A stretch of DNA of 64,000 nucleotides from Nitrosopumilus sp. GTDB lineage: Archaea; Thermoproteota; Nitrososphaeria; Nitrososphaerales; Nitrosopumilaceae. The translations under genes were made by a program, and so were the position numbers. Positions 20,384 to 31,444 of this stretch are shown here, piece by piece. The DNA lies in NCBI GenBank assembly GCA_965214775.1, contig OZ243974.1, forward strand, positions 1,120,001 to 1,184,000, in the 5' to 3' direction. The notes beneath the pieces are model-generated. The model made no database searches. It was not told where the DNA came from and worked only from the letters and a program-made list of their open reading frames with translations. Positions within the stretch are counted from its first letter, which is position 1, and the number at the start of each line of letters is the position of its first letter.

Positions 20384-20567
20384 GACGTAGTGCGTGCAGT
20401 TGAAAATGGAACATTTTTTTGGCGAAATAGGCACGATGTATCAAAATCATATTCCATTTTTTGATGTTGGCACTACGCTAGATGTGTCCCAGAGAGAATT
20501 GCCACTCATGAATACTCCGGCTCTGCCACATGTAATCCTTTTTAAAACACGCGCCCAATAATCATTT

Positions 20568-21680
20568 GTGTCCATTCTCAGTAGTTATCATCCAGAAAAC
20601 GTATCCAACCTAGAGATCCTTTTGAACAATCAGAAAAAGAAGGTGGAAATGCTTCGTAGCAAAGTCCGATTACTGAAGTTTGTACCAGTCGATCCTGCCG
20701 GATCGTATACGGCACTAACATTCAAGTCCTTTGACGGGGGAACGTTCAACCTGAATTTTGATCCGTTTGAGTTTGACATAATAGATGTTGCAGATTCAAA
20801 CGGTAACATAAAGCTGAAATTTGCCGCACCCAATGGTGACCTTCAAGGAACAGATGATCTAAGAGGAATAGTGAAAGATCTGGACAAAAACCCCATAATC
20901 AGCAGGTTCTTAGACGTACTGGGAAAGGGCAGTCTGGTTGACATATCTGAAATCCTCACAAACACAGGAACGCTGATGGAACTAGGCGAGCTTGCGTGCA
21001 TATTTGACAAGGTGGCATCAGCTCCTGAAGACGAGAAAACCATAATCCTAAAGGACGGCTTTTTGAGAACAAAAAAACTCAAGGCGGAGCTCATAGCACC
21101 GCTGCTGGATCTGATCAAAAGCAAAAAGAGGCATGTCAAGGTGATTGGTGTTGCAAAGACGTCAAGACTCATGTTTCTTCTAAAGGCCGCAATGATATGT
21201 GAACGGCTGTTTCCAGATGACATGATGGGCTACGTTGAGGTTCCGCTGGACATTGAAAACATGGCGTACCGGTGGAGCGGTCACGGGATGCTTGACCCAA
21301 AAACGGCAGTCCCGCTTGATTATGCCTTTGGAAGCCTGTACATAGCAAAGCTTGCAAGATACAAGAACCTGTTTGTTACAGTGGAGATTCCAAAAGACCT
21401 CAGGCACAACATCCCGATATACACAAACGGAGAGATCAACGAGATCATGGGTCATCTTGCAAAGGATTCTGCCAGCTCATATCCTGTAATCGGATATCCC
21501 CAAACCATAATGAAGGCCCACGAGTTTGCCGCAGGTCTCGGATTGCCGGCATCCATTCTGAGAGACTCCATAATAAGGGGGCTCGTCAAAAACACGGATG
21601 CAGATCTGACAAGGTACGTCCGGGACGCCATATTTCTTGACGAGTCAATAGATAAGGGATCACTGGGTGGAAGGGCATGA
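20568..21680 (+). CDS. NurA-like nuclease
   Basis: SFDGG, LKDGFL, GVAKTS and GYPQTIMKAHEFA motifs; overlaps the HerA start (ATGA). Confidence 0.78.
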   Translation: MSILSSYHPENVSNLEILLNNQKKKVEMLRSKVRLLKFVPVDPAGSYTALTFKSFDGGTFNLNFDPFEFDIIDVADSNGNIKLKFAAPNGDLQGTDDLRGIVKDLDKNPIISRFLDVLGKGSLVDISEILTNTGTLMELGELACIFDKVASAPEDEKTIILKDGFLRTKKLKAELIAPLLDLIKSKKRHVKVIGVAKTSRLMFLLKAAMICERLFPDDMMGYVEVPLDIENMAYRWSGHGMLDPKTAVPLDYAFGSLYIAKLARYKNLFVTVEIPKDLRHNIPIYTNGEINEIMGHLAKDSASSYPVIGYPQTIMKAHEFAAGLGLPASILRDSIIRGLVKNTDADLTRYVRDAIFLDESIDKGSLGGRA

Positions 21681-23563
21681 ACGAGGAGGACGTTGTAGGA
21701 ATTTTCGTAGGGCTGGAAAGCTCATCAAACGAGTACATTGCGTATCTCATCGCCCCATACCAGCCGGAATTTCCAATAGAGATAGGGGACCTGCTATTGA
21801 TCAAAAGCACCAGCAGCGGCCAGATGGTGACCCGGGTGATGGACTATGTTCCGCGAGGCGAATTCATGACATCAATGGGAGAGAGATGGCTCAACGAGAT
21901 AACATCACAGGGTGAAATAGACGCAGTCGGCCAGGACATCAAGAGGAGTAAAATCAGCTACCGCGTAAGGATAAAGGTGCTCGGATCGATATATGATGGG
22001 GTGTTTTCCCCCGGTCTCAGACGAATACCCCAGATTACGAGCAAGGTCAGCATACCGGACAAAGACGAGTTCAAAAAAATCATCACGGGTGCCGTGCAGG
22101 GAGGAGAAGAAGGAGAAAGGGAATCCGACGATGTCTACATAGGAAATCACGCGCTCAACGGCGATGTCCGGATATATTTTAACCAGAGTCATCTCAACTC
22201 AAAGAGAACGTTCGTCTTTGCCAGGGCAGGATACGGCAAAAGCAACCTCATGAAAATCATATGCAGAGAATGGAGGCCAGATAACGGCGGGCTTTTGGTC
22301 TTTGATCCGGAAGGAGAGTATGCGGTAACTGACAAAAAGGGAAGGCCCGGCATAATGGATGCACGCGGTGCCATACTTCTTACCAACCAGAAGGTCGATG
22401 ACAATCTGGCCAACGTGCACCGGGACATAAAGCTTGATCTTAGAACCGTATCACACAAGATGGCAATACCCATTCTTGTAACCCCGGAAAAACATGAAAA
22501 CGTCTTCTTTAACAAGGTGATGGGAATGGAAAGGAACGTTTGGTCACGACTGGTAAGCCTGCTACATGACAAAGGATGGAACACCGGCCAACAGGAAATC
22601 AACGAACTGATCACGAGAAATCATCAGGATGGTTTTGGCGATGATCAAAATGGGAGAAGCGTGGTTACGCAGGCCATAATCAACAACCTTGTACCTGCAG
22701 TTCAGAGGCTTCACAGTCCGGGATCAAACACGCTTGATATAGTCAAAAATGCGCTGCGTCGCGGAGAGGTTGTCATATTTGACATATCCAGAATAGATTC
22801 CCAGACTGCCAGGGATGTAAGCTCCATAATAATCAAAAGCGTCTTTGAGGAGAACAAGAGCAACTTTATCAAGCATGGAGGAAACAACCTGATAAAGGCC
22901 ACGTTTGTTCTGGAGGAGGCACATACCGTACTGTCAGAATCATACAGGGGTGCCCCGTCTGCATTCGTGGAGCTGGCAAAGGAGGGAAGAAAGTACAGCC
23001 TCGGCGGTATATTCATAACACAGCAGCCTGGCTCCATACCGCCTGAGATAGTCAGCCAGGGTGACAATTTTTTCGTGTTTCACCTGCTCAGCAAGGCAGA
23101 CCTAAAGTCGCTGTCAAACGCAAATGCCCACTATTCAGACGACATCATAACCCAGATTCTAAACGAGCCGATTCGTGGAAAGAGCTACATGTGGACGTCC
23201 CACCAGCCGTTTGTGATCCCGATAACGGTCAGAAATTTTGAAGATCCAGAACTGGCTACTCCCAACAAGAGCATCGACATCCAAAACGACAACAACATCC
23301 TCAATGACATAGTCGACGGCCTGGTTCGGGAATCAAACGATCCACTGTTAATGTCGATACGTGACAAGCTATACGAAGTTGAAAATGATGGAGGTAATGG
23401 AAAAGAGAAAACCATAAGACTATACAAGAAGCTGACAGAAGATGAAAAAAGGTATCTCAAGGAAAGAAACTGCCTGGCACCATCATACAATGACAATGAC
23501 TATGCAGTATCATATCGTTGTTATGACAGCCTGCGGGATCACGGCAGTATTACTGGATCATAG
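21677..23563 (+). CDS. HerA/FtsK-family ATPase
   Basis: N-terminal HAS-barrel-like region, Walker A ARAGYGKS, FDPEGEY, LEEAH and KEGRKYSLGGIFITQQP. Confidence 0.9.
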   Translation: MNEEDVVGIFVGLESSSNEYIAYLIAPYQPEFPIEIGDLLLIKSTSSGQMVTRVMDYVPRGEFMTSMGERWLNEITSQGEIDAVGQDIKRSKISYRVRIKVLGSIYDGVFSPGLRRIPQITSKVSIPDKDEFKKIITGAVQGGEEGERESDDVYIGNHALNGDVRIYFNQSHLNSKRTFVFARAGYGKSNLMKIICREWRPDNGGLLVFDPEGEYAVTDKKGRPGIMDARGAILLTNQKVDDNLANVHRDIKLDLRTVSHKMAIPILVTPEKHENVFFNKVMGMERNVWSRLVSLLHDKGWNTGQQEINELITRNHQDGFGDDQNGRSVVTQAIINNLVPAVQRLHSPGSNTLDIVKNALRRGEVVIFDISRIDSQTARDVSSIIIKSVFEENKSNFIKHGGNNLIKATFVLEEAHTVLSESYRGAPSAFVELAKEGRKYSLGGIFITQQPGSIPPEIVSQGDNFFVFHLLSKADLKSLSNANAHYSDDIITQILNEPIRGKSYMWTSHQPFVIPITVRNFEDPELATPNKSIDIQNDNNILNDIVDGLVRESNDPLLMSIRDKLYEVENDGGNGKEKTIRLYKKLTEDEKRYLKERNCLAPSYNDNDYAVSYRCYDSLRDHGSITGS

Positions 23564-24704
23564 CCATTACCTTTCTCTTGAATTTTTTGGAATCAAAGTC
23601 CCTCCATGCTGACATCCTTTGGCTTCTTGGAATCGCCCACCTTTCCTTCCAATAGTCGGCCATATCCGCAAACGGCCTGTCAAACCACACGGGCCGCTTG
23701 CCGTTTTGTATCACGTTGTCCAGGTTTCTTGCCAGCGGAAACAGGTATACGTCACGCCTTATGCCGTGTGTATGAAATTCCTTCAATCCGAGATGTGTGA
23801 ACGCCTTTTTTAGCAGTCTGATCTTGCGGGATGGTCCGTGCCCGTAGCTGGTAGACGTGTCAACCCCCATCCCTTCAAGCATGGAGTAAACATCCCTGAC
23901 AAGATACTCGGGCATATGAAACGTCCCCATTCCCTTGGTCTGCCCGATTCTTATGGCTACAGGCCGGTTCTCATATTTGAGACGGTCATACATGCTGCTT
24001 TTTCCAAATGCACTGGTAGTGGTTACAAAGAGAAGATCCGCCTTTAGTGTGCGCTTCTCCATCATGGTCTTGCACCCGCCATATTTTTTCCTGTACGTGC
24101 TTCTTACCTCGTTGCTGGTTACTGCCAGGGCAGCCATCTTTCCGCCTATGAGGTCGTTGTACGGCGGGAGGGCCCCGATCCTGCCTGCATTCATTGACAT
24201 GTTGGCCCAGTAGTCAAGATCCTTTTTTGGTATGTTCAGATAGTCGTCTCTTGCCCCCATCCGTAGCAGCGGGCTCTGCATTTGTATCAGACCAAACGGC
24301 ATGTCATGTGCCCTGTCCCATATGATAAACCGGATCTGTCTGCCATATGCCCTCTGGTATGGCATGCTCCACCATACAAGGTTCCACCAAAAGAACAGCT
24401 TTGACTCAAACGATTCCGGCCTGACTTGACGTATCTCCAGATCAATGTCCCCTGGAATTATCTCAGAACCGTTGCGGCAGAACTTCATTGCGTGCCTTGC
24501 AAAACCGGCCAGGAACCTTTGATGTTCTGAAATCTGGGCAAGCCTGGCGTTCTCTTGAACCTTTTTGTATGTGGTTTTGTCTTCTTTTGGAAGTCTCAGA
24601 TGCGGGTTTACCGAAAACCCGCTCTTGTTCATAAACTGGACTATTCTTTTCTTTAGCTCAAGTTCTGACTTTTCAAGCCTCCTCCCTTCAGGTAGCCGTT
24701 TCAA
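23550..24704 (-). CDS. DUF4338 / Druantia DruA-like protein
   Basis: WSMPYQRAYGRQIRF, GALPPYNDLIGGK, TTTSAFGKSSMYDRL, GQTKGMG and YWKERW resemble the DruA family. Confidence 0.75.
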   Translation of the reverse strand: MKRLPEGRRLEKSELELKKRIVQFMNKSGFSVNPHLRLPKEDKTTYKKVQENARLAQISEHQRFLAGFARHAMKFCRNGSEIIPGDIDLEIRQVRPESFESKLFFWWNLVWWSMPYQRAYGRQIRFIIWDRAHDMPFGLIQMQSPLLRMGARDDYLNIPKKDLDYWANMSMNAGRIGALPPYNDLIGGKMAALAVTSNEVRSTYRKKYGGCKTMMEKRTLKADLLFVTTTSAFGKSSMYDRLKYENRPVAIRIGQTKGMGTFHMPEYLVRDVYSMLEGMGVDTSTSYGHGPSRKIRLLKKAFTHLGLKEFHTHGIRRDVYLFPLARNLDNVIQNGKRPVWFDRPFADMADYWKERWAIPRSQRMSAWRDFDSKKFKRKVMAMIQ

Positions 24705-24759
24705 TCAATCACTAAACTACAAGACAATAAGAACAATAATTCTATTTGCATTTTGCCTG

Positions 24760-24924
24760 AGAGGTGATCCGAAATTAGAAACCGTGCAAATCAATGCCAG
24801 GATTTTTCTGCACGTCTGCCAAGTAATTTTACAGACAGACAACTTGGTATTTGCAAGCATTTTGACCGGTTTGATGCAGATTCGTTCATGCGTGATCCGA
24901 ATCTGCTAATTTCGAATCGCTTCT
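24760..24924. mobile_element. MITE family D (AGAG..CTCT ends, 3-bp CWG flanks); copies at 27985-28148, 43061-43197 and 46259-46395; partial ends near 15736, 17920 and 59053
   Basis: AGAGGTGATCCGAAATTAG...CTAATTTCGAATC ends; CAG or CTG duplicated in three copies. Confidence 0.85.
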
Positions 24925-24941
24925 CAGAGATCCAGACTGCC

Positions 24942-25438
24942 ATTACCCGTCAATTTTTGATATGGCATTGATAATCTCATTTTCTTGTTTTTCGACAAGT
25001 TCACAATATCGTCTGGCTGGCAAAGCAATTTCATCGTAATCGAGTTTGCCTATGTTGACCTCTTCCTCCAACTCAATAATTTTCTTCACATACGAATTAC
25101 GATCCTTGATCGTTGCAAAAATATTCTGTACATCTTACTGCATGCTAACATCTAGATAGTTAATGCGTCCTGAATTAATGAGTGAATCATACACATCGTG
25201 ATTTAAAAACGCCGCAACAAAATTGTATTTTTTACCACCATATTCTTTTGATACACGGGTATGTCGATTGCTTGTAAGTGCAGTCTTCCCATCGTCTAAC
25301 TCCTTCAAAATATTCTCCGACACAAGGCACTTGGTTGATCTCAGATCAAGGTATCTTTTTACAAAATAATACACTGGCGATCCTCCAACTCCAAGTACTA
25401 TTACCACATTCGTAATAAGCAACAGGCTGTCTTTTTTC
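24942..25438 (-). pseudogene. AT-rich membrane-anchored hypothetical gene, internal stop, 5' end cut by IS481
   Basis: The frame continues past TAA at 25135 (DVQNIFATIKDRN...KIDG*). Confidence 0.6.
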
Positions 25439-26259
25439 TGTTTCATATGAAAATTAGTTCCACCCCTCATTAGTATCATTCTCCATCCATTTGGGGTCGC
25501 TTTTCCTGATCGCTTCTGTAGCCTCCCGGCTCCAGAACGCCATCCTGGGAGTCTCGGCATGCCTGATGTCAAGCGACCAGTGCGTCCTGCGCTCATTGTA
25601 GAACTCGATGAACTTGTCTACTTTGTCAAAGTGCGTCAGCTCCTTCTCAAGCGTCCCGAACCACCTCTCCAGCTTGCCGTTGGTCTGGGGGTGATGCGGA
25701 CGCGAGTTGAGCAGGACGATGTTGCGCTCTAGTAGCTCGTTCTCAAACAGCGTGGGCATCCAGCTGCCACGGGGGATACCACGTCTGGCCGACGTAAAAC
25801 AGCTGCCGTTGTCTGAGAGTATCTGGGCAGGCATCCCAAACTGCCTGATGGCCTTGCGGTAATAGGTTAGCCCCTGCCTAGAGTTAAAGTCACACCCCCA
25901 GCTGTTCAGGCATGAAAATCGCAACTGCAGGCAGATTCATGTCTGATTGCTGCCTAGGCAGGGACTATCCTATTACGCCTTGCGCAGCACCAAGACTGCG
26001 TTCTTCGAGGTCGCGTGCTCAAACACACCGAATCCGGTTATGCACCGCGAGGAATCGTCAAGATACGCCACCAGATTGAGCCCTCTCAGGCGTGGATCCT
26101 TCATATCGTGCCAGTCCACGTGCCACATTGCGTTGGAGTACTTGCGCTCATAGCGCAGCCATTTCTTTTGGCCCGACTTGGTATCTGATGCGGCAACGAG
26201 TCCCTGCTCCTTCATTATCCGATATACGCTGTTGTAGCTTATAACGTGACCTGCATCCT
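25439..26259 (-). mobile_element. IS481 3' part, interrupted by MITE B (25859-25976, TSD GCCTTGCG) and cut by ISH3
   Basis: Right TIR at 25439; transposase pieces at 25454-25858 and 25977-26215. Confidence 0.88.
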
Positions 26260-27552
26260 CAGCTAAGTGAAAAGTACCCCAGATCCTGCGTCATGGAGGG
26301 GGCTTGGGCTCCCTGATATAGATCCCCATGCACTCCTTGAACACCAGCATCGTCATGACATTCTGCACCCCGGGCCCCTCGCTGAGCAGCGCCCGGATAA
26401 TTATCCACTCGTTGAACAGTACCATCGAATAGTAAAAGCACAGCATCCTGGCTGCCAGGTCGACGGTCCGGGTCTTGGCCCTGCACTCCTCTAGCTTGGC
26501 GTATCCTGTCTCGATTCCCCACCTTGAGGAGTACAGCTCGATCCTGATCTTGGGACAGTTCGTTGCAAACCCGATGAACTTTTTTTCCGGCCTGTCCTCT
26601 GCCGCATCCACCGGCTTGTTGTCGTCCCCGGACTTTTTCCTGTCCGTTATTATCATCGTATACGTGGCCGAATCCGTGTTGTTCTCGATTATGTTTCCGG
26701 ATACCCGGGATCTCTTATCGTCATCGAACTCGCTGAGTGCTGCGACCACGTTGCCCGTGTTCCTGCACGGCATCAGGAACTTTACTCCCCTCTCCTGTAG
26801 CATGGCAATCACCTCGACTGAGAAGAACTCGCGGTCAAGCAGCAGAAGGCGCACCTTGATTCCTGCCCTTTCAAGCTGGTCAAGGATCAAACCGGCCGAT
26901 TCAGGCACGGAATCGAGCCTTTTTACGTGCAGCACGCCCAGTGTCAGGCCCAGCCCGTCGTCGATGCACTGTACAGTGATGTACCTCTCGGCGTATGTGG
27001 TCCCGTCCTTTTTCTTCTGGCGCGACAGGTTCTCATCTGGCCTTCTGTCATAGCGGGAGATCTTGTGCAGGTCTATTGCTATTGTCAGCCCGCACTTGGG
27101 AATCCTTTTGGCCCTGCTTAATCTTTCACACTGCCGTTTTATCTGCGCCTCAAAGGCCTCCTGCGCGGCCTCCGGGGTGGTCGCCTTGATCCTGTAGGCG
27201 TGCCACCTGGCAGAGGGCCCGGCGCCGCTTGTACACCCCGTGGCGTTGATGCATCCGCCCACCGATGCGTCACTGAGGGCGCCGCGCATCATGCCGCGGT
27301 TCAGGTCGTCGATCCCGTATATGGCGTTGTGTTTCCCGGACATTCTGACGCACGAGAGCATGTTCCTTCCGCCATCTGCAACATGTTCATATATGCGCGG
27401 GTTGTTCTCAAGATCGCGGCACTGTCTGGATTTTTGCTTCAACAAAAACCACGGGGCCGCACCCCAATTGATCTGTTTGCATCTGATAGTATTGTCAAAA
27501 CGGTCTAAATTTCTTGGTTTTCTGCCTGACTGGAGTACTTTTCACTTAGCTG
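26260..27552 (-). mobile_element. ISH3-like (IS4 superfamily) element, 1293 bp; transposase at 26291-27445
   Basis: TIR CAGCTAAGTGAAAAGTAC; IAID, LLDREF and RWGIETGY motifs; near-identical to 54900-56192. Confidence 0.9.
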
Positions 27553-27662
27553 CATTTAGGACGAATTCAAGCAAAAAAATCGAGTTATGCAACAAACTAG
27601 GGTGCGCCGCAAGGATCGGCGTGCAGGTGGAGGTGGCCTGAGGTGAATTAGGCGACAGCCCC

Positions 27663-27973
27663 GTGCGCACCATGCCGATGTACTGCTTGGCGTGCAGGTG
27701 GAACACCGCCTCGACCTCGTCGTTTGAGGGCGGCGGCGATGCGGGTCTGTCGGGGCTCTTCTGCACGTGTATCACGCCGGTCCTTTCGGACTCGGCGCAC
27801 AGCCTGCCCACGTACCGGGGTGTCACCTCCAGCTCCGCTGCTGCTGCCTTGCGGCGTATCTTATCTGTCGTTCCGTAAGCGTTGTCTTTCTCATCGTTTT
27901 TCTTGATCGGTAAAGGGCAAAATATTCCTTGGTTTTTGTCAAAATACTAGCCGAACCTAATTTCTGTATAAGA
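27663..27973 (-). pseudogene. IS481 5' remnant with left TIR
   Basis: MRKTTLTERQIRY HTH fragment; the end reads TCTTATACAGAAAATTAGG on the minus strand. Confidence 0.65.
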
Positions 27974-28216
27974 TATTAATCCAGAGAGTTGATTCGAAAT
28001 TAGCAAATTCGAGTAATACATAAGCGGATTTACTTGCATCAAGTCGATTAAAGTGCCTGCAGATGACAAGTTGCCTGTAAGTTACCTGACAAATGTACAG
28101 AAAAATCCGGGCAATGGTTTGCGTGGCTTCTGATTTCGGATCATTTCTCAGGGCAGGCCGCCCATTGATCTGGCCGCGTTTCGCAAAGCCGTCCCGAACA
28201 GATCCGGGATCTCCTG

Positions 28217-28969
28217 CTACGCATGCCCCCCGTCGACCGTCCTGAGGTAGGCATCAACGACCTCATCGGAGCTACCCTCGGCCAGCACCTTTCCGCCGTG
28301 CAAAAATATGGCCCTGTCACAGAGACGCTTTATCTCACCGGCGTTGTGGGATACGTAGATTATAGTCTTCCCCCTCTCCTTGAACTCCATGAACTTGTTA
28401 AAGCTCTTCTCCTTGAACCTGACGTCGCCTACGGCCAGCACCTCGTCGACTATCAGGATGTCCGGATCTACCTGGACGGCTATGGAAAAGGCAAGCCTTG
28501 CGCGCATGCCAGAGGAGAAATTCTTCAGCTTTGTGTTGAGAAACCCCTCCACCTCTGCAAACTCTGCTATGTGCTTTATCTTTTTGCTGATCTCGCGCTT
28601 TGTGAATCCCAGTATGATTCCGTAGAGCAGTATGTTGTCCCTGGCCGTCAGCTCGGGATTGAACCCTATGCCAAGCCCCAGAAACGGTATGATCCTTCCC
28701 CGCGAGACCACGCTGCCTGCGTCCGGCGAATAGATCCTCGAGATGATTCTCAGCAGCGTCGTCTTCCCGCAGCCGTTCAACCCCACTATGCCGAACATCT
28801 CCCCCCTTTTTACCGAGAACGAGACGTCATCAAGCACGCGCAGCCTTTTGCCCCTTCTGGCCCCTGGTCCGATTGCAGACGTCAGGTACTCAAACAGCGT
28901 GGTGTGCTGCTCGCCGCCGATCATAAAGTCCTTGGAGACGTTTTTTACCTCTATTGCGTTCATGTCCAT
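28217..28969 (-). CDS. wzt: Polysaccharide ABC exporter ATPase (Wzt/TagH-like)
   Basis: GLNGCGKTT, FSSGMRARL, DEVLAVGD and VSH motifs. Confidence 0.92.
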   Translation of the reverse strand: MDMNAIEVKNVSKDFMIGGEQHTTLFEYLTSAIGPGARRGKRLRVLDDVSFSVKRGEMFGIVGLNGCGKTTLLRIISRIYSPDAGSVVSRGRIIPFLGLGIGFNPELTARDNILLYGIILGFTKREISKKIKHIAEFAEVEGFLNTKLKNFSSGMRARLAFSIAVQVDPDILIVDEVLAVGDVRFKEKSFNKFMEFKERGKTIIYVSHNAGEIKRLCDRAIFLHGGKVLAEGSSDEVVDAYLRTVDGGHA

Positions 28970-28973
28970 GCTC

Positions 28974-30861
28974 CTACAGATGCTCCACCAGTTTCTTATC
29001 CTTGATCCTGAAGACAACGTATCCTGCAACGAATATGGCTGCAGTCGTGCCGATGATGTAAAGCGTGGCATACAGCGTGGGAAGCCTGTCGTACAGCACT
29101 AGGTCGCGGGCCGCGTTGAGAATGGCTGCCATCGGGTTCAGCTGGAGTATCGTACGGATGTTGTCTGGGAACATGTTCAGGTCATACAGTATGGGGGACA
29201 AGAAAAAGCCCGCATGCACGATGACCTGCCAGATGAACTCCATGTCGCGAAAATACACGTTCAGCACGGAAAGGAGCAGCGAGAAGCCCAAGGCCATGAT
29301 GAACAGGTCAAGCAGGACAAGCGGAAGGAGGACTCCAGTCTGCGGCGGGACGAACTGAAAGGCGGCAATAAACACCCCAAAGGCTGCAAACTCGAACGCC
29401 ATCATGATAAACGAGGTCAGACAGGTACTGATGACCAGTATCTCCCTTCTAAAGTAGATGCTAGTCACCACGTCGGATCTTTGCAAAAAGCAGGTCGTCG
29501 ACGCGGTTGTTGCACGGCTGAACATGTACCATATGATGAGGCCCAGCAGCAGGTAGAGAGGATAGTATTGGATTTCGCTTTTGAAGATGTTGGTAAACAC
29601 GAAATACAGGACCGCCAGCATTATAGCAACGGTCACAAGTAATTGAGGGCTTTGACCGGCGATCTGTAAATGTACTTGTACATGCTAAGGTGGGCAAACG
29701 ACACCGTCCTATAATATTCGGATATGGCATGCCGCAGCTCGCTGATTTTCCTGTACACTATCCCCCTGAAAACAAAATGCTTGCCCAAGTTCCAGCATTC
29801 TTCCACGATATTGAGGTACGGCGATCCTTTCGGGATCATTATCAGTTTGACATAGGGATGGTCGACCAGATATTCTGCGACATCAGTAGATCTGTGCACA
29901 CTCCACCTGTCGCAAAAGACGGCAACCTTACCAAACTTGGCGCGCAGCGCCTCCAGACATTCTATGAACTGCACCGACGTAAAGGATCCCGTAAACGTCC
30001 TGAACAGCCTTCTGCCGTCTTCTGCGATGCTTCCAAACACGGCCACCTTTGTGTGGTCTCCAGAGTACGATGCCACGCTTCTGGTGCCGACCGGACCCCA
30101 CACGTATCTGTCATATGCGCCCTGCACGAAGAACGCCTCATCAGATGACACCAGCGTAAAACCGTCGTTTTTCAGGCACGGAATACGCACGTTTTCAAGA
30201 TACCACTGCCACGAGTATACCGAGCTTGGGGTGGCATGGTTGACATGTATGTTTTGCACCTTGCGGCGCGACAGGCCATGCTGGCGCATCATTCTCCGGA
30301 CATGCTCTATGCTGTATTCTGTCCCGGTGGCATCCCTTATGTCATCGCGTACCGTCATGACATCGGTACTTTTGCATGCAGTAGACAGATCCATTATGGC
30401 TGCAATACTTTTCCTGTCCACCTTTGGTCTGCATCCGGAACGGGGAAGATCCCGGAGACCGTCTATGCCGCCCTCCGAAAACCTCGCCAGCCAGTTACGC
30501 ACGGAATTCTCACTGCACCGGATCTTTCTTGCAGTCTCGGGTACGCCCATGTCGTCTTCTAGCACAAACATCAGCGCCATGATCTTCTTGTAGACTTTGG
30601 CATCCTTTTCTTTGCGCATGGCCTCTGACAGGATGTCTGTTTCTTTTGCCATACATACTGCGCCAGTTACGTGATCATTATACTTTTCGAATGACCTTGT
30701 TTTGGCTCAAAGACTTATGCTCGTTGCTATAAAAGCGGCTCAAGAAACGTCCAAAAAAATCCCAGAACCGAGTTTTTATACCGGATTTTAATGTCCGCGA
30801 CGGCCATTGCCATTATCTGGGAGCGGCGCCGGACTATCTCATTGAGCAGGTTTTCAGACAC
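28974..30861 (-). pseudogene. wzm: Polysaccharide ABC exporter permease (Wzm/TagG-like), interrupted by IS630
   Basis: 30861-30730 encodes VSENLL...KIRYKNSVLGFFWTFLEPLL, which joins in frame to MLAVLYFVF at 29621 when the IS is removed. Confidence 0.9.
29624..30729 (-). mobile_element. IS630 element; transposase at 29633-30652
   Basis: TAGCAACG ends and TA duplication; SDEA, CDRW and SPYLNIVE motifs. Confidence 0.92.
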
Positions 30862-31048
30862 GATCTTTACAAATTGCATCAGATTATTATATCATCAGTT
30901 CCCGGCAGTCTTCAGATGTAATCAGACTCATGGCAGTGCGGATGGTGGCATGCAGATCCGCATGTCGCCTCCACCTCCACGAGTCGGTTGCTTCTGGGAA
31001 GACTGATGGAACCACCTAATTTAAGTACCCATTCGGTATCGCATAGAC

Positions 31049-31444
31049 ATGGATAGCACTATCAGAGAAACATCAATCAAGATATTAGAATCATTGAAAA
31101 AAACTTTGGAAAAAGGCAATTTGAGTAATGCTCATAATTTTGGCACTATTCTCACTGAAATTTCGGTTATGCTGGATTCGAAGGTGGGAGTCTTTATTGG
31201 CGAAATCGTCGAGTCTTCTTTCCTACAGTTATTTAGAGAAGCATCCACGTATGAGATTAACAGTGAGGAACATACCAAAGAAATACAAGCGTTGAATTCG
31301 TGTGTGAATGATTTGATAAGTGCGATCAGATCCGGTGAAGACAACAATATTTATTCTGCTCTGCTTGAACTCAGGTTTTATGCAACAAAAAGTCAGTATG
31401 ACATGCCTAGTAAATACAAGCGTCGTCCTACTCGGTTTAGGTGA
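31049..31444 (+). CDS. Hypothetical helical protein, first gene of an AT-rich three-gene operon
   Basis: 131-aa ORF overlapping the next start (GTGA). Confidence 0.7.
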   Translation: MDSTIRETSIKILESLKKTLEKGNLSNAHNFGTILTEISVMLDSKVGVFIGEIVESSFLQLFREASTYEINSEEHTKEIQALNSCVNDLISAIRSGEDNNIYSALLELRFYATKSQYDMPSKYKRRPTRFR

